32,000 nucleotides of DNA from Candidatus Saccharimonadota bacterium (GTDB lineage: Bacteria > Pseudomonadota > Gammaproteobacteria > Enterobacterales > Enterobacteriaceae). The notes beneath the pieces were generated by a model. It saw only the letters and a program-made list of their open reading frames with translations, did not search any database and was not told where the DNA came from. The stretch spans positions 340,011 through 372,010 of the forward strand of contig CP145869.1 of the NCBI GenBank assembly GCA_041941765.1, read 5' to 3'. Of the stretch, positions 27,882 through 32,000 are shown piece after piece. Each line of letters begins with the position of its first letter. Position 1 is the first letter of the stretch. The translations under genes were made by a program, and so were the position numbers.

Positions 27882-29879
27882 TTAATTTTCGATTGGATCT
27901 ACATCTAATGACCATTTTATGTGTTTAACTTTAGGTAACGCAAAAATAGTTTTGATATTAAATTTAATAATATCTTGTAATTTTCTACGTATAGGATGTT
28001 GTAAAAGTAATTGCCATCGATATTTTCCATTGCACTTACTTTGTAATGCAGGTATAGGACCCATAATTAACAATTGATTATCAGTAATAGTATTAAATAA
28101 CTTACGTATTTGATGAAGAAACATTTTTGCATGATAATTATCATTATCTTCTGCTCTAATTAGTACATGGTTTGTATAAGGTGGTAATGAAATTATTTTT
28201 CTTTCTTTCAAAATTTCATCAGTAAAAGACTCATAACTTTGATATAATAATTTATTTAATAAAGGATGATTGGGATGATAAGTTTGTAATAATATTTCTC
28301 CAGATTTTTTAAAACTGACATATCTAGCAACCTGTATATAAAGTTGTGCTAAACGTTCAGAGGAACGAAAATCTCCTGAAAATAAAGCTCCATCAATATT
28401 TAATAAAGCTACTAATGTCACTTGAGGAAAATGATATTCTTTAGCTGCTAATATTTGTGTCCCTATTAAAATTCTAGCCTTTTTCTGTAAAAAAGGTGTT
28501 AAATAGTATTGAATGGTTTTATTATTTATTGTATCACGATCAATACGTGAGATTGGTATATTAGGAAAAATTTTTTTTAGTTGGTATTCAATTTGTTCAG
28601 TACCAATTCCTAATTTAATAAGATTCCTTATTCCACAATTTTCACAAATTTCTGGAATTGGAGTTGTATTATTGCAATAGTGACATTGTAAGTATTGATA
28701 TTCTTTATGATATGTAAAATTATGATTACATAAATTACATTTAGCAATCCATCCACATTTTTTACAAATCATTGCCGTTGAAAAACCACGTTTATTTAAA
28801 AATAAAAATACTTGATTATTACATTGTAAATGTAGAGTAATTTTCTTTATTAAAACATTAGATAACCCTGTTAATCTTTGGTTGGCTGTTTTTAAATTAA
28901 TAATCTGTGGTTTAAACAACCAAGGAGATATATTAGTTTGTGGTTTTAGTTGTAATAATTTATATTTACCTAATTGAACATTATATAAAGTTTCTAATGA
29001 TGGAGTAGCTGAACTAAGTACAATAGGTATATTGAGTTTTTGAGATAAAAATACTGCTAAATCTCTTGCTTGATATTTCCATCCTTTTAGTTGTTTATAA
29101 GAACAATCATGTTCTTCATCAATGATAATTATTCCGAGACATAAAAAAGAAGTTAAAAGAGCTGACCTTGTACCTATAAGAATATAAATTTCTCCTTTAC
29201 GAACTTTCATCCAAATTTTTAAACATTTAGTATTATTAATACCTGAATGTATCACGTCTATTGGAATATTAAAAGTTTTCTTCAAACGTGTCATTAGTTC
29301 AGATATTAAACTAATTTCAGGGACTAATATAAGTACTTGACGACCTATAGTTAAAATATAATGTATTATATGTAAATATACTTCAGTTTTTTCTAATTTA
29401 GTAAAATAAGTTAATAACCAAGCATTAAATTTATCAGACTGATTACATATAGTTTTAATAGCTATTTTTTGTTGATCATTTAATACTGATTTTAATTTAG
29501 GATATATTACAGTATTATTAATTGTTTTAGAAAAATCCGAATGCCAATCGGTACACTTTTGACCTTTTCTTAATAAACTAGGAAGAGAAAAAAATAGTAT
29601 TTTACCTAAAGGGTAATGATAATAATCTGCAGCCCAACGTAACATATTCCACAATTCTGGATTAAATAAAGATTGATTATCAATAATCTGATTAATCTTT
29701 TTTAAAGATTTTATAGGAATAGAAGTTGTAGGTTTAATATTTATAATAATTCCAATTATATTACGATTACCAAAAGGTACATTTACTCTAGTACCTATTA
29801 GAGGTTTTAGATGTATCGGACAAATATAATCAAATTTTTCAAAAATCCTAATAGGTAAAACAACTTGAACAATAAGCAT
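27882..29879 (-). CDS. priA: Primosomal replication-restart protein PriA (helicase motifs I and VI degenerate)
   Basis: 665-aa ORF collinear with E. coli PriA. The N-terminal DNA-binding region (VPFGNR...WAADYYHYPLG), DEEH box (IIIDEEHDCSYKQ), SATP, the Cys-rich zinc region (CKKCGW...CNLCNH...CHYCNN...CENCG) and the C-terminus KWSLDVDPIE are all present. It is divergent from rpmE, as in E. coli. Confidence 0.9.
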   Translation of the reverse strand: MLIVQVVLPIRIFEKFDYICPIHLKPLIGTRVNVPFGNRNIIGIIINIKPTTSIPIKSLKKINQIIDNQSLFNPELWNMLRWAADYYHYPLGKILFFSLPSLLRKGQKCTDWHSDFSKTINNTVIYPKLKSVLNDQQKIAIKTICNQSDKFNAWLLTYFTKLEKTEVYLHIIHYILTIGRQVLILVPEISLISELMTRLKKTFNIPIDVIHSGINNTKCLKIWMKVRKGEIYILIGTRSALLTSFLCLGIIIIDEEHDCSYKQLKGWKYQARDLAVFLSQKLNIPIVLSSATPSLETLYNVQLGKYKLLQLKPQTNISPWLFKPQIINLKTANQRLTGLSNVLIKKITLHLQCNNQVFLFLNKRGFSTAMICKKCGWIAKCNLCNHNFTYHKEYQYLQCHYCNNTTPIPEICENCGIRNLIKLGIGTEQIEYQLKKIFPNIPISRIDRDTINNKTIQYYLTPFLQKKARILIGTQILAAKEYHFPQVTLVALLNIDGALFSGDFRSSERLAQLYIQVARYVSFKKSGEILLQTYHPNHPLLNKLLYQSYESFTDEILKERKIISLPPYTNHVLIRAEDNDNYHAKMFLHQIRKLFNTITDNQLLIMGPIPALQSKCNGKYRWQLLLQHPIRRKLQDIIKFNIKTIFALPKVKHIKWSLDVDPIEN

Positions 29880-29942
29880 AATATATTTATTGATTGTATT
29901 TAAATAATTTTTTTATAAATTGTAAGCTTTAAGAGGTTTAAT

Positions 29943-30149
29943 ATGAAGAAAAACATTCATCCTAATTATAATTTTATTACTGCAACATGTAGTTGTGGTA
30001 ATATAATAAAAATTCGATCTACTTTAAAATCCAATTTATTTTTAGATGTATGTTGTCAATGTCATCCATTTTATACGGGAAAACAGCGTATTATTGATAC
30101 AAAAGGTCGTGTTGAAAAATTTAATAAACGTTTTAATTTAGTTAACTAA
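29943..30149 (+). CDS. rpmE: 50S ribosomal protein L31 (zinc-binding type)
   Basis: 68-aa ORF: [20 protein letters not shown]...[13 protein letters not shown]...[10 protein letters not shown]. All four Cys residues are present. Confidence 0.95.
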   Translation: MKKNIHPNYNFITATCSCGNIIKIRSTLKSNLFLDVCCQCHPFYTGKQRIIDTKGRVEKFNKRFNLVN

Positions 30150-30181
30150 AATAATTTTTTTTGAATTATATTTAAATAATA

Positions 30182-30210
30182 TTGAAAATATTACTATTTA
30201 TATATATAAT
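30182..30210 (+). promoter_or_regulatory. Candidate sigma-70 promoter for the 16S rRNA gene
   Basis: TTGAAA (30182-30187), 17 nt, then TATAAT (30205-30210), with an A/T-rich upstream stretch, about 140 nt upstream of the mature 16S 5' end. Such hexamers occur by chance in AT-rich DNA. Confidence 0.35.
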
Positions 30211-30251
30211 ATAATGTTTGAATATGTATTATATTAAATAAAAATGAATTA

Positions 30252-30266
30252 ATTCATGTGTGCACT
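30252..30266 (+). other. 5' arm of a putative 16S precursor processing stem (pairs with 31932-31946)
   Basis: attcatgtgtgcact is complementary to agtgcatacatgaat downstream of the 16S gene (15 bp with one G:U). The geometry resembles the RNase III stem that brackets enterobacterial 16S. Confidence 0.6.
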
Positions 30267-30350
30267 AACGAACATGAAATTATATTACTTCAATAAATTT
30301 AAAAGAAGTATATATAAAATAAGTGAGTTTTTCTTATTTTATTAGTTTTT

Positions 30351-31910
<1,560 letters not shown>

Positions 31911-31931
31911 ATAACTTAAATCATGTATTCG

Positions 31932-31946
31932 GAGTGCATACATGAA
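31932..31946 (+). other. 3' arm of the putative 16S precursor processing stem
   Basis: agtgcatacatgaat, 22 nt after the 16S 3' end, is complementary to 30252-30266. Confidence 0.6.
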
Positions 31947-32000
31947 TGATTTTAGATTAAAAAGGTTTTTATTAATGAAGATAGTTAGTTATTATTTATT

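Noticed and set aside
30261-30273. boxA-like antitermination element in the 16S leader (tgcactaacgaac compared with the consensus tgctctttaacaa).
   Set aside because: The match is only partial and needs a gap, and it overlaps the processing-stem arm. It is not distinguishable from chance without comparative data.

Overview
This window is strongly AT-rich and densely packed with housekeeping genes. It looks like the reduced genome of an Enterobacterales-derived obligate insect endosymbiont (Blochmannia- or Buchnera-like). That assignment is inference from gene content, AT bias and the 16S sequence; a BLAST of the 16S would settle it.

Every long ORF maps to a well-known E. coli ortholog. In order: nusA (3' end), infB, rbfA, truB, rpsO, pnp, deaD | grpE(-), nadK, smpB, ssrA (tmRNA) | aroF, tyrA, rluD, clpB | rnhA(-), dnaQ | ibpA | metG(-), yegQ/trhP(-) | htpX, tsaB | rsd(-, frameshifted), hupA | dsbA, polA (5'-3' exonuclease domain only) | tRNA-Cys and tRNA-Leu(-) | priA(-), rpmE | 16S rRNA.

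I found no mobile elements, CRISPR arrays, toxin-antitoxin or defence cassettes, no orphan multi-gene cluster, and no sizeable unexplained ORF. I therefore do not claim a novel system. The interesting signals are all about genome erosion:
- PriA stays a full-length ORF, but its Walker A and helicase motif VI are destroyed.
- polA is cut exactly at the Klenow boundary.
- rsd is frameshifted.
- MetRS and TruB lack their C-terminal domains.
- Long slippage-prone homopolymers (A15, A10, G9) sit inside essential genes.
- The tRNA genes do not encode CCA.
- The 16S gene has flanking complementary arms and no spacer tRNA within the remaining 90 nt.
- Intergenic scars are very short where E. coli carries several genes.

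The promoter, terminator and thermometer calls are motif-level inferences in an AT-rich background and are low confidence.
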